Source of the DNA: a virus
Lineage: Duplodnaviria > Caudoviricetes
Direction: 5' to 3' (one strand)
DNA: 64,000 bases
IMG/VR virus record: IMGVR_UViG_3300032247_000581
Span: 1 to 64,000 of that record
The notes under the pieces were generated by a model that saw only the letters and a program-made list of their open reading frames with translations, was not told where the DNA came from and searched no databases. Both the position numbers and the translations under genes were made by a program. Below, in pieces: positions 20,147 through 29,977 of this stretch (the stretch's first letter is position 1; every line of letters starts with the position of its first letter).

Positions 20147-20658
20147 TAAATAGCTCCTGTCGTTTTAGTATAAACACCAACCCATACTGGGAAGTTTGGG
20201 TCACCGCCCTCAAACATAACCCACACACCTTGGTTAATATTGGGAACTTCTCTGTGAGGTGTGTGCTCTGTTCCGTTTGTTTCTAAAAGGTCTGTGCTGT
20301 CTTGGTGAGCGTGTGTTAATGTTCCAGAATTTCCTGCGTGGGCTGCGTGAGAAAGAGTTTGTGTTGCACTAAAAGTGTGGGTATGACTAGGAGAGCCTCC
20401 GCTGCCTGTATTTCCAGACACTGAAACACTATGGCTTGTATGTGTATTAAGGAGCGCAGCTACTTCTGATGCCAGATGTGGTAAATGGTCAGGGTGTTGT
20501 GCGTTACTTGTTACAGGCAAACATGGATAAGCCCAGTTTGTGATATTAGTGTGCAAAACTTGAGGAACTTTTAATCTAATACGGTTAGCATTTTCAGGGT
20601 CTTCATTGTCTATGCAGATGCCTCTGTATATCCCATAAAATTTATTTTCTGTTGTCAT
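20146..20658 (-). CDS. baseplate spike gp5/gpV-like OB-fold protein with His-rich insert
   Basis: YRG.C.DNEDP...RI.LKVPQV...WA.P and P...QGVWVMFEGGDP.FPVWVG. Confidence 0.85.
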   Translation of the reverse strand: MTTENKFYGIYRGICIDNEDPENANRIRLKVPQVLHTNITNWAYPCLPVTSNAQHPDHLPHLASEVAALLNTHTSHSVSVSGNTGSGGSPSHTHTFSATQTLSHAAHAGNSGTLTHAHQDSTDLLETNGTEHTPHREVPNINQGVWVMFEGGDPNFPVWVGVYTKTTGAI

Positions 20659-21962
20659 TTTAACAATTTTCCTATTACTACAGCAGGCATTCTTTTATCC
20701 ACAATAGAGGGTTTTTTAAGGTTTCCACTGGTTCCAACCCATTTGTAAGATGGAGCAGCTTTAATCTGTGTTTTAGGCAAATTTTTAACAACAGAATGTT
20801 GGGATGAAGCTCCTTTTTTAATAACATTTCCAGTTCTTTGTAAAGAAGTCTTTGGAATAATATTTTTTTGTCTAATTCCTGGAGTTATAACCCTTTTAAC
20901 AGTCTGCTCTGGAACAAGGACGTCTTTATTATCTGTCCATTTAGCGGCTAATCCTAAAGAGTCTGTTCCAATTTCTAAAGTTGTTGTATAAACTTCTTGG
21001 TTAACATAGTTTTCAGTAGATAAAACAGTCCAAAAGCCTGTGTAAGTGTTTCCAATACCATCTAAATAAACAGTAGAATCTGGTAATAATGTTGGATTTC
21101 CAATAATAACTACGCTTCCACGATAGGCATAACGATTGCGTTCATCGGCAGCATTGGATTCATATTTTGCTATCTGAAAACTTGGCGCCACTACATCAGT
21201 ATGATAAGTGTCAAAAGCTGCTGGGGCAGATTTTACTCGTGTATTTTTTATAGAAGTTTGATTAGTATTAGCATGGTCAACTGCAGTAGTTCTATCTACA
21301 CCGCTAATAGCTACTGTTGCTTTTTTAGCATCCATATAAGGAATAGAATCACCAATTAAAGGTTTAAATGAATAAATACCCGTAGATTTATTATCTAGAT
21401 TACTCATAGAGTACAAAGCAGCTTTTTCTCTAAAATCAGTAAACTCTTGAGTAAGAGGTTGAAAAATTATAGAAGTATTGTCAGCTTTTAAAGAATATCC
21501 ATTTTGTTTGGCAAGTTTGACCATTAATTCCCAGTCAGACATTCCAGCTTGTGATATTTGGTCATACACACGTTCTGTTGGTGTAGCAATGTATGAAAAG
21601 TTGTTTTTAGTAGCAATATCTGCAATTACTTGGTCAGCAGTAGCATTTGCCCACACTCTTTGAGATTGTTGTTTTAGTAAATAAGAAGCACCAATAACAG
21701 TAACTTTTACATAGTTTTTGCTTGGAGATATATCTGGGCTAATATGGTGAATATACCCATTCATTGTTCTTGTGCTACCAATTCCAACCATCGTTATATT
21801 TACAGGTGTGCCCGTAACAATAGTGTCGTAGGGAACTGCCCAATCACCAAAGTATATGTCAGCCAACTCATGCTCATACCTAGCATGGGTATGGGTAAAC
21901 TCGGCAGCTCTAGAAAGAGGTACCTCAAGGGTGGGAAATTGAATATCTAAATAATTAAACAT
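20655..21962 (-). CDS. baseplate hub (gpD/gp27-like)
   Basis: Q..MSDWEL..KLA..NGY, G.P.L.P...V.LDGIG...G.W.V. Confidence 0.82.
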   Translation of the reverse strand: MFNYLDIQFPTLEVPLSRAAEFTHTHARYEHELADIYFGDWAVPYDTIVTGTPVNITMVGIGSTRTMNGYIHHISPDISPSKNYVKVTVIGASYLLKQQSQRVWANATADQVIADIATKNNFSYIATPTERVYDQISQAGMSDWELMVKLAKQNGYSLKADNTSIIFQPLTQEFTDFREKAALYSMSNLDNKSTGIYSFKPLIGDSIPYMDAKKATVAISGVDRTTAVDHANTNQTSIKNTRVKSAPAAFDTYHTDVVAPSFQIAKYESNAADERNRYAYRGSVVIIGNPTLLPDSTVYLDGIGNTYTGFWTVLSTENYVNQEVYTTTLEIGTDSLGLAAKWTDNKDVLVPEQTVKRVITPGIRQKNIIPKTSLQRTGNVIKKGASSQHSVVKNLPKTQIKAAPSYKWVGTSGNLKKPSIVDKRMPAVVIGKLLK

Positions 21963-22233
21963 TTGGAATCTTCAATATTGTTCCAGGAGCAATGTTATTA
22001 AAATCAGAAATTCCAGGGTTGTATTCTGGAATTAACCACCATAAATCTGGTCTAAAATAATAGTTTTGAGAAATTTGGTCCAAACGTTCTCCCTCAGAGT
22101 AAACATGCTCAGACCATTTTGTGTTTCCTGGCGCGTCAAACTCATAAAATACAACAGGGTAGTTATCTCCACTAGTAGAAAAAGAAATATAATCAATTAA
22201 TTGATTATAATACCTAGATGTTTGGTATATCAA
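21955..22233 (-). CDS. LysM / tail-X-like baseplate protein
   Basis: EGERLD.IS..YY..PDLWWLI..YNP...PG..LKIP. Confidence 0.85.
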   Translation of the reverse strand: MIYQTSRYYNQLIDYISFSTSGDNYPVVFYEFDAPGNTKWSEHVYSEGERLDQISQNYYFRPDLWWLIPEYNPGISDFNNIAPGTILKIPNV

Positions 22234-23480
22234 AATGCAGCTCCTGAAGTAGTAGAGGCTGAAGCATTGCTTGGCAAGAAAGACGTTGCTGTACGTAAAT
22301 CAATAGATAACGTAACATCTGTACGAATAGGTATAAGTTCACGAGTAAATGCTAAATGATTAACATTGACGCTTTGAACCATTCCAATAAGCTTTTGCGG
22401 GCCAAGGTCAAGTCTAACAATAGTAGGTTTTAAAAAGCTAATGTTAGAGGTATTTTCTCCCAATAATTGATATCCATCACCATTAATAGTTCTGTATAAA
22501 AACTCAAGGTCAGCTTCAGTTCCTCGTCTTAAAAGGTCATTAATTTTTGTATTAATATTGGTAGAAAAATCTAAAGCGCTGCTTGGTGCTTGCCCTTGAG
22601 TGTAATACTTAGCAAGTTCAGCAGAAGAAATTTGTGAGGAAGCTGCAATACCAGCAAGTGTTGTTGTATTAACTTGAGTGGTAAGTCCAGGATTATTTCG
22701 ATAATAGGCTTTAGCTGCAGCAAAGTCATTAGTTCTGTCAATACGAAGAGTAAAATCTATGGTTGAGTTAGCGGTTACTAAGCCCGTTAATACGGCAGTT
22801 TGGTCATTTTGATTTGGAGTAACTCCCCAGTTAACTGAGGTACTTTGGCTAAAAGTTTCAGGATTCCATAAAAATTGAAATCCGTAATGATTGTTAAAAT
22901 ACGGGTTAGCGTCTTTAATTTTTTTATTTGTTTTTGGGTCAACAGTTGAAGTAGTTCCTGGATGCTTTAAAGCAGTAAATATCATTCCTCGACGTTTTGT
23001 ATGAATGTCTGAAGAAGGAGAAGCTACACTGTTTGAAATTGAACTAGGGTCTACTGGAAGACTCCATTTATGAGGGGGTAAGTTCCAACTATATGTATTA
23101 TCTGGGTGTTGGTTAATTGTGGCACTAGTTTGTTCTGTGCCAATAGAACTAACTTTTGAAGTAGATTGAACTTTTTGTTTACCAAAATCTTTGTATTTTG
23201 TATTAGAAGATTGGTTAGTAACTGAAGAGCCGTTATAAGGCTTATTTGGATTGGTGTTAAGCCATTTGTAGGCGTCGCTAATGGCTGGACTTACAATAGT
23301 AGAACCAACGTGCGCAATAGAAATAGGGGCTCTTAAAACCTCAGTAAACCCTTTATTAAGTGCGTTTTCTATGCGACCAACAACACGTGTTAAACGACTA
23401 CCAGTATTTGTAGGGACCAACGGAAGTCCACCAAATCCATTTGAAGTTCTTTTTCCAGCAGTATTAGTTATGTTAGCCAT
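22230..23480 (-). CDS. tail tube initiator-like protein
   Basis: FQFLWNPE, G.V.SV.V.H..F...IPIR motif; between tape measure and LysM. Confidence 0.65.
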   Translation of the reverse strand: MANITNTAGKRTSNGFGGLPLVPTNTGSRLTRVVGRIENALNKGFTEVLRAPISIAHVGSTIVSPAISDAYKWLNTNPNKPYNGSSVTNQSSNTKYKDFGKQKVQSTSKVSSIGTEQTSATINQHPDNTYSWNLPPHKWSLPVDPSSISNSVASPSSDIHTKRRGMIFTALKHPGTTSTVDPKTNKKIKDANPYFNNHYGFQFLWNPETFSQSTSVNWGVTPNQNDQTAVLTGLVTANSTIDFTLRIDRTNDFAAAKAYYRNNPGLTTQVNTTTLAGIAASSQISSAELAKYYTQGQAPSSALDFSTNINTKINDLLRRGTEADLEFLYRTINGDGYQLLGENTSNISFLKPTIVRLDLGPQKLIGMVQSVNVNHLAFTRELIPIRTDVTLSIDLRTATSFLPSNASASTTSGAAF

Positions 23481-25729
23481 TATTTGGTAGCCACCTTTGC
23501 AGAGATATTAAGGGATTTAAGTTCGTCTTTAACCGCTTTAGCAACATCTTTTGCAGTAAGTTGTGTTCCTTGGGGTACCTTAACGTCAACCGTAACTCCG
23601 CCGTAGTTTATTACCGTCCCACCAGCGTTGTTAGATGTCTCTAGTATACCAGTCTTAGGATTGATGAACATGTATCTTTGTGAGGAAGAGTGGCCTGTAG
23701 AAGCGCCAGAATATATAGAAGTAGATTCTCCAAGACCTAAACCAGAACTAGAAACTACTCCTCCAGACATGGCATCTTGAGCTGTATTTCCTCTAAGTGC
23801 GGAGACTGATACTTGAGCTGCCATTGAACTAGCGCTAGTTGAATTGTCATAACCTCCAGCAACATTAAGGAGGTTGTTTAAAGAAGCAGTGCCAGTAGCC
23901 CCGTCAATTACACGAGAACAACTAGTAACTGTTTTTAAATCAACACCAGTTCTTTTTACAACATCTCCTGTGTGTGGAGCTTCAATCATAATTCCATTAC
24001 CCGCGTAAATGGCTACGTGATGAGCAGGATTTCCCCAAAATAATAAATCACCAGGTTGAGCATTTTGTGGGTCAATTTGTGTTCCACATTTTTGTTGCTC
24101 TTGAGATGTTCTTGGAAGAACTACTCCAAGTTTTGACATTACAAATTTAACAAAAGATGAACAATCAAACCCAGCTGTATTGGCGCCTCTACCCATACCT
24201 GTTGTAGGCCCATTATTATTTCCACCACCCCAAGAGTAAGGAACTCCTTGTTGTGTTAATGCAATAGCAACAGCTACGTTTCCAGCTAAAAGGTTAGGTG
24301 AGCTAACTGCAGGGCCAGAAGTTTTTGCTCCAAGGCCGAGACCCCCAGCTACTCCAAGTAGACCTCCTACAAGAGCTCCAACACCAGTTCCAATTCCAGG
24401 AATAATTGAACCAATTGTTGCGCCCATGGCACCATATTGAATAGCGCTACCTAATTTACTGCGTGTGCTTCCTTGAATGGCTCCATGTGCAATGGCACCA
24501 CCAGCAAGAGAAGCGCCAATTCCAAGAATCCCAACTTTTCCAATACCCACTACCCCACCAGATTTTCCTAGTGAGGAGCCAGTTTTTCCAAGTAAAGCGC
24601 CCCCTATACCACTAGCAAGTAGAACAGACATCACGCTAATAGCTGCTTGACCAATTTGGTCAGCAGCAATTGTTTCTGCTTTAGCTAATTGCTTTACAGC
24701 ATCATTAGCTAATTTGCTATTTGCAAGAGTGTCTTGCATACTTTGATTAAATTTTATAAGAAGATTTGCGCCCTCAATAAAACCTTGAGACATAGCAGGC
24801 GCGGCAGCGGCTTGTGTTCCAAGTTGAGCTGCAAATAAATTTGATTGCGCACTTTGTGCCGCTGTAGTAGCACCTGTTTTGTTTGTGCTGGCACGAGTTA
24901 AATCTCCGCCTTGAGCGTACTGTTGCGCAGCTAATTGTAAAGCGTTTCTAAGGTCTGAGTTACCACCTGCGGCAGCATCCAAAAAGTTTGCAAAACCATT
25001 TCCAGGTTGAAGTCCAATTGCTAACTCTTGTGGAGTTAATTTATGACCCACTTGAGAAGAAGCAAAATTATAAATTTCTTTAAATACTTCTTGTGGTGGA
25101 CGAGCAGCACCATTAGCACCACGAGCTTGAATTCCAAACATACGTAAAGTGTTTACACTTTGAGCGCTATTAAGCCCTACAGCAGCTCTCATCGCCGAAG
25201 TTCCGCTACCAGTTAAGTTAGAAACTTGAGAGACGCCATTGAGCACGCCACCGTAACCAGGAAGAGCTCCTGTCAGCCCCCCTTGATTACCTAGTTGAAT
25301 AGCTTGAAGATAATCAGTTGGGCTAGTAGCTTGTCCCCCACGCATAGCAGCAGTGGCTGAGGCAATAGGGTTAGCAACGCCAGAAAAACGTGCTTGAGAA
25401 GTGAGTAGTTGAGTTCCAAGTACTTCTTGAACACCAGGAAGTGCTTGCGCAGCACCTGCAGCAACACCAAGAGCAGTTGATGCAACTCGTCCGATAGTGC
25501 TACCAATTGCACCGCCAATACCACCATTAGTAAAAGTTCCAGACGTGGTTAGGCTTCCGCCCCCTGCTCCACCACCCGCGCCCATTTGAGGCATACCAAA
25601 AGCTTTAAGAATGCCATTGGCTTTTTGAAGCGTTACTTCAAGTTCTTTATTAAATGCTTTTTGTTTAGCGGTGTTCTTTTCAATATTTCCACCCAGTGTT
25701 TGACCAGAAGAAGGCCCAGTATCTACCAT
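23480..25729 (-). CDS. tape measure protein with NlpC/P60 peptidase domain
   Basis: Ala/Gly-rich helical body; GVPYSWGGG...GFDCS...LPRTS...PGDLLF...HVAIY...MIEA. Confidence 0.88.
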   Translation of the reverse strand: MVDTGPSSGQTLGGNIEKNTAKQKAFNKELEVTLQKANGILKAFGMPQMGAGGGAGGGSLTTSGTFTNGGIGGAIGSTIGRVASTALGVAAGAAQALPGVQEVLGTQLLTSQARFSGVANPIASATAAMRGGQATSPTDYLQAIQLGNQGGLTGALPGYGGVLNGVSQVSNLTGSGTSAMRAAVGLNSAQSVNTLRMFGIQARGANGAARPPQEVFKEIYNFASSQVGHKLTPQELAIGLQPGNGFANFLDAAAGGNSDLRNALQLAAQQYAQGGDLTRASTNKTGATTAAQSAQSNLFAAQLGTQAAAAPAMSQGFIEGANLLIKFNQSMQDTLANSKLANDAVKQLAKAETIAADQIGQAAISVMSVLLASGIGGALLGKTGSSLGKSGGVVGIGKVGILGIGASLAGGAIAHGAIQGSTRSKLGSAIQYGAMGATIGSIIPGIGTGVGALVGGLLGVAGGLGLGAKTSGPAVSSPNLLAGNVAVAIALTQQGVPYSWGGGNNNGPTTGMGRGANTAGFDCSSFVKFVMSKLGVVLPRTSQEQQKCGTQIDPQNAQPGDLLFWGNPAHHVAIYAGNGIMIEAPHTGDVVKRTGVDLKTVTSCSRVIDGATGTASLNNLLNVAGGYDNSTSASSMAAQVSVSALRGNTAQDAMSGGVVSSSGLGLGESTSIYSGASTGHSSSQRYMFINPKTGILETSNNAGGTVINYGGVTVDVKVPQGTQLTAKDVAKAVKDELKSLNISAKVATK

Positions 25730-25731
25730 GA

Positions 25732-25854
25732 CTAACCTCTCCTATATCTCTGGGCTCTTTCAAGCCAGTTCTGTCGTTCTCTTACTGACAATGAGCGAAT
25801 ATCGCTTAATGTCCAACCAGTAAACTCTCTAGTTAAGAGTTCGTACTGGTCCAT
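25732..25854 (-). CDS. tail assembly chaperone downstream ORF (probably reached by frameshift)
   Basis: Not in ORF track; MDQYELLTREFTGWTLSDIRSLSVRERQNWLERAQRYRRG between chaperone and tape measure; frame open back into the chaperone 3' end. Confidence 0.75.
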   Translation of the reverse strand: MDQYELLTREFTGWTLSDIRSLSVRERQNWLERAQRYRRG

Positions 25855-25873
25855 AATAAATTCGTAGTCCTCA

Positions 25874-26668
25874 TCACTGTAGGCGAAACAAAGCAACGAG
25901 ACTTAATGGGGTCTCAATAGATTCTCCACATGCCTCGCAGGTCTTGCTCACCTCCCCAAGGCGTGGGCCTGGGTTCTTTTCTACAATCTCTTCAATAAGC
26001 TTTTCACGGTCAGCCATTCCAAGTTTAAGGACTGCAGTAGCTCCTGTTGAAATTTTGCCGTCAATAGATTGAACACACCCTGAAAGTAAAATTGTTCCTA
26101 ATTCAGCAGTAGTCTTATCTGTAGCTTCAATTAATCGCTTTTGAGTTACTCCTGTAGGTAGTGCTAAGACAACTTCTCCAGCTTTTGTGTTTACTGTCCA
26201 TACTCGGTCAGTGATTGGATTATCAAGTTCTTTTACTGGGATATCGTTAACTAAATCAATTTCAAGTAGTTGTTCTGCACCACAGGCGCAGAAGGCGCGA
26301 TATTCAACAGTATTACCAAAAGTAACGCGACGGATTGCCAATAGCAATGCATCACGGTCTGCAGATAGCATGTCATCAAGAGTATCTTTTCCTAGCTTTT
26401 CTTCACCAACGCTAAGAACTCCTCGTTGAAGAATAGTAGTAAGAGATTTGCCTAAAGAACCAGCTCGTGAAATAGCCTCTTCATCAGAGCCATTAAGCTC
26501 CTTTACCTCTGCGTACTTAGCAAGGATTCCTCCTGGTGAGATATACCCACCAGGAAGAATAACCTCGTTATTAGATGGTGCCACTGTTTCTACCTTTACA
26601 GGGGCTTCTTTAAGCGCCTCAGATATAACAGCGTTAACTACCTTTGTGTCTGAACTAAGTGTGGTCAC
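25874..26668 (-). CDS. tail assembly chaperone / T4 gp26-like
   Basis: V.LPGG, EL.G.DEE, DRD.LLLAIRRVTFG, two Cys pairs; follows tail tube. Confidence 0.8.
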   Translation of the reverse strand: MTTLSSDTKVVNAVISEALKEAPVKVETVAPSNNEVILPGGYISPGGILAKYAEVKELNGSDEEAISRAGSLGKSLTTILQRGVLSVGEEKLGKDTLDDMLSADRDALLLAIRRVTFGNTVEYRAFCACGAEQLLEIDLVNDIPVKELDNPITDRVWTVNTKAGEVVLALPTGVTQKRLIEATDKTTAELGTILLSGCVQSIDGKISTGATAVLKLGMADREKLIEEIVEKNPGPRLGEVSKTCEACGESIETPLSLVALFRLQ

Positions 26669-26690
26669 GAATTATGCTCCTTATTTAGGG

Positions 26691-27293
26691 TTATAGAACT
26701 TGTGTTGCGGCGTCGCCTACGAAACCAGCAGAAAGACCTTCATGTACTAAAGTCATTTGCTCGAACAAAATGTTCTGGTCTCCAGCGTTTAAGTCTGAGT
26801 ATTGTAGTGTAGTAATCCATGCATTGTGAAGCTTGAAGTGCATCTTTGCATTAGCCACAAGGTCGGTGTTATCTGCAATAACTGCTGGGTGGTCAAGAAC
26901 GTAGATATCTACGTTGCAACGAAAATCCTGTCCAGATGTCAAAGCAACTCCTTCACCAGAGGCAGCAGCAAAAAGCTGGCGCATCCAGACAAGGCCTTGT
27001 GTGTTAGTTGTAAGTGTTCCGCGTTGGAATGTTACGGGTGAGAAAGTTGTCATTCCAGGAATTTGGTGAATAGTGGTGTTGTAGCCACCTTCACGGTATG
27101 GAATGGACTGTGTGTTAATAGCCAAGCCAGTAACGCTGGTAAACCCACCAGTAATCTTAGTGATTGCTGCGTTAGGTGTTGCAGGCGCAACATCGGTTGG
27201 TCCATTAGTTGTATTGCTAAATTCTACGTAAAACTTAAAATTACGTAGCGGGTCTGTCGCAATGGATGAGAAGCGACTGATATTTGTTGCCAT
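26691..27293 (-). CDS. tail tube protein (T4 gp19-like)
   Basis: DPLRNFKF, GF..V.GL, YREGG, PG...F...T..RG, NAW, L.HEG. Confidence 0.93.
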   Translation of the reverse strand: MATNISRFSSIATDPLRNFKFYVEFSNTTNGPTDVAPATPNAAITKITGGFTSVTGLAINTQSIPYREGGYNTTIHQIPGMTTFSPVTFQRGTLTTNTQGLVWMRQLFAAASGEGVALTSGQDFRCNVDIYVLDHPAVIADNTDLVANAKMHFKLHNAWITTLQYSDLNAGDQNILFEQMTLVHEGLSAGFVGDAATQVL

Positions 27294-27305
27294 GTATTGG
27301 GCTCC

Positions 27306-28796
27306 TTACGCCACTGTGACGGTTGCGCCGCCATCGAACTGACCGATATTGATTACTACGAACTCAGCTGGACGTTGCAGAGCAACTCCCACCTGAATGT
27401 TAACTTGACCAGCTTCTACTGTGCTTAGTGGGTTGTTAGTAGAGTTACAAAGCACAAAGAAAGCTTGGTCTGGAGTTGCTCCACGAAGACCACCCTGTGA
27501 CCAGAAGTTAGTCAAGAATGCTGTAAGCGTTGCTGTAATTTGACGATAAAGAACAGTGTCATTTGGTTCAAATACAGCAAAGTTGGTAAGGTCAACAAGT
27601 GCCTTTTCCAAGAAGATAAGCGAACGACGTACTGGGACATACATATCTGCATATCCACCCTTAAGTGTACGAGCGCCCATAATTACAATTCCAGAGCCTG
27701 GAATGAAACGAATTGCGTTTACTGGTGCTGCCGCTGAGTTAAGTGCATCTAGGTTTGCATTTGTTAATGAAGGAACAGAGACTGCTCCAGCTACACGAAC
27801 ACCAAGACCTGCAGGAGCTTTGAAAACTCCACGAGACTTATCTGTTGCAGCGTACTTTCCAACAACTGCTCCACCTGGGTTTGCAGCTGCAATAACTGTT
27901 CCTGGTGTTGAATTAGTTGGGTCATTGATTGTAATTGTTGGGTAGTACACAGCTGCATATGAGCTCTGTGTATAAGAAGCAGCAAGGGTAAGTTGATTTG
28001 CAACTGTATCGTTAATTGGGTCTACAACTACAAACGCATCTTTACGAGCCTCTGCATATGCAATGATTGGATTAATTCCAGCTGAAGTAGTAACTCCTGG
28101 GGCGTTAATAATCAATGAGTTAAGTACTGAATCAAAGGCAGTAATTCCAGCAGCAATTTGAGCTTCTGTAGGAGTTGTTCCTGCAGCTCCGCCAGCTAGG
28201 GATTGACCAGTAATTGCAGCAACATACTTACTTACTCCAGTAGAGGCTGAAGCTAAATCTGTTGCAACAACCCAGTTTGATTGTGAGTTAATAACAGAGA
28301 CTGCGTAACGAGCATCTGTTGAATCCATAGTTAAATTAGGGAAAGACTCCACCTTGTATGGGGCAGTTGTTCCTCCATAGTAGATAACTAAGTCAAAGTA
28401 TGCAGCAGCACCAGGGGATGCCTGTGTAGTAATAGCGATGCTATTTCCCCAAGCTCCTGGGTTTGCAGCAGAAAGAGTGAGCGTATTAACATCGCCAGCA
28501 TCTTTAAGCGTACGTGTTGCAGTAGCGGGTGAGCCTGCTGTTACACGTTGAATGTATGCAGCGTTGCCGCCATTTGAAAAATAAAGAAATACAGCAAGAG
28601 CCAAAGTATTATTTGCGCTCCAAGAACCGTACTTATTAATATACTCGCTCCATGATGTAACGAGTGTAGGTGTAACAGGTCCACGAGCGTTGCCGCCAAT
28701 GAATGCTGCTACAGAGTTGGAGTTTGCTCCAACAACAGGAGGTACTGGATTCAGGGTTTCCTGAACATATACTCCTGGACGTAGATAAGCTGCCAT
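27306..28796 (-). CDS. contractile tail sheath protein
   Basis: Y.RPGVYVQE, RGVFKAPAG, GARTL, YVPVRR, VFEPND, PAEFV. Confidence 0.96.
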   Translation of the reverse strand: MAAYLRPGVYVQETLNPVPPVVGANSNSVAAFIGGNARGPVTPTLVTSWSEYINKYGSWSANNTLALAVFLYFSNGGNAAYIQRVTAGSPATATRTLKDAGDVNTLTLSAANPGAWGNSIAITTQASPGAAAYFDLVIYYGGTTAPYKVESFPNLTMDSTDARYAVSVINSQSNWVVATDLASASTGVSKYVAAITGQSLAGGAAGTTPTEAQIAAGITAFDSVLNSLIINAPGVTTSAGINPIIAYAEARKDAFVVVDPINDTVANQLTLAASYTQSSYAAVYYPTITINDPTNSTPGTVIAAANPGGAVVGKYAATDKSRGVFKAPAGLGVRVAGAVSVPSLTNANLDALNSAAAPVNAIRFIPGSGIVIMGARTLKGGYADMYVPVRRSLIFLEKALVDLTNFAVFEPNDTVLYRQITATLTAFLTNFWSQGGLRGATPDQAFFVLCNSTNNPLSTVEAGQVNIQVGVALQRPAEFVVINIGQFDGGATVTVA

Positions 28797-28798
28797 TA

Positions 28799-29431
28799 TT
28801 AACTTCCTTTAGTTAGGTGTGAAACGGGTCTGAGACCATTTGGTATAGCGGTTTTAATTCGATTTATTTCAACGGTTTGTACTTTGGATAGGGCGTTGTT
28901 AGCTGTGACAGGTGTCATTTCACTAACAACTCTTATTGTGTGAACGTTTCTAAATAAACGTTTACCATCCTCGATTTGGTCCCTTTTAATGAACCCATCA
29001 AGAAACATATGTCTTTTTGCAATCTCTGTTCCTAAATCATTTGGCACTTCTAATGTTCCATATTGACTTGGAAACTTTTGTTGAAGCTGAAATAAAATAG
29101 CTCTGTCGTGTCTAGGGTGACGAGAGTAAGAAGTTACTTGATATACCAAGTCATAAGGAAGCGGAACTGAGTATCTGTATGTGACCCCAGCAGCAGGGGC
29201 AATAGTTCCTCTATTGTCTGAGTCATAGAAAATACCTGAGGATTGGCGTTCTTTTGCCGCTCTAATATCTATTAACTCTATAATCAGATAAGGATAGGAC
29301 TGGGTGCGAATTTCAACATCTGGATAGCCAAACCAAACTTTAACAGGGCGAACAGGTGCCTTTTCATCTGCAACGGTAAGCCCTTGTAGGAAGTTCTTAA
29401 TAGCGGCATCTTCTGCAAGAATAAAACTCAT
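28799..29431 (-). CDS. tail terminator / neck protein
   Basis: Position just upstream of sheath; YPY, P.PYDL.YQV motifs. Confidence 0.6.
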   Translation of the reverse strand: MSFILAEDAAIKNFLQGLTVADEKAPVRPVKVWFGYPDVEIRTQSYPYLIIELIDIRAAKERQSSGIFYDSDNRGTIAPAAGVTYRYSVPLPYDLVYQVTSYSRHPRHDRAILFQLQQKFPSQYGTLEVPNDLGTEIAKRHMFLDGFIKRDQIEDGKRLFRNVHTIRVVSEMTPVTANNALSKVQTVEINRIKTAIPNGLRPVSHLTKGS

Positions 29432-29748
29432 TTGAAAGCCCCCAAACTTACTGTTACATCTTCAAAGGCTGTTTCAAAGATATCTTGAACACCGTCTGAG
29501 TGGCGAAACATAAAGTTGCGAATAAGGGCTGTAGGTACAGTCTCAGGGGTTCCGTACTCCAAGTCTTCTACCTCAGAGCTAATGTTTTCTGGGTATTGAA
29601 CGGAAAGTTCGCCATCAACCTCTTCAACGGTTAACTGCATGACAATTTGTGCGGGCCAACCAGCATCAAGTGCCTCTTGTCTAAAATCTGGTGTGAGTCT
29701 TTCAGCAGCTCTTTTAAGTGCGTCAGATGCAGCTTTGTCAATATTCAT
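29428..29748 (-). CDS. putative neck / tail-completion protein
   Basis: LEYGT motif; coupled in structural operon. Confidence 0.55.
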   Translation of the reverse strand: MNIDKAASDALKRAAERLTPDFRQEALDAGWPAQIVMQLTVEEVDGELSVQYPENISSEVEDLEYGTPETVPTALIRNFMFRHSDGVQDIFETAFEDVTVSLGAFK

Positions 29749-29870
29749 TTGCGTAGTAACCGCCAGAGTGCTGCTGCGAGAATACCTGTTGCAAGCTTGT
29801 GGTCTTTAGGTGCAGAAGAAAATGCGCCGTCAACGAACTCTTTTTCAGAGGGCTTATCGATTTCAGCCAT
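29745..29870 (-). CDS. hypothetical 41-aa protein
   Basis: Not in ORF track; MAEIDKPSEKEFVDGAFSSAPKDHKLATGILAAALWRLLRK, GGAG RBS, ATGA overlap with next gene. Confidence 0.7.
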   Translation of the reverse strand: MAEIDKPSEKEFVDGAFSSAPKDHKLATGILAAALWRLLRK

Positions 29871-29937
29871 GGCAAACTCCAAGGGTATTTCGCAAGGGTA
29901 AAACTTGAGTCCCGCACAGGACTCCCCTAAAGTATAA

Positions 29938-29963
29938 AGGGCCCCCTATCTCTAGGAGGCCCT
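29938..29963 (-). terminator. hairpin after the basic-peptide cluster
   Basis: AGGGCCTCCTA-GAGA-TAGGGGGCCCT then TTAT. Confidence 0.6.
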
Positions 29964-29977
29964 AACTACTTATTACT

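Noticed and set aside
15541-29431. Stand-alone extracellular contractile injection system or tailocin
   Set aside because: Capsid, portal, terminase and replication genes are contiguous, so this is a phage tail
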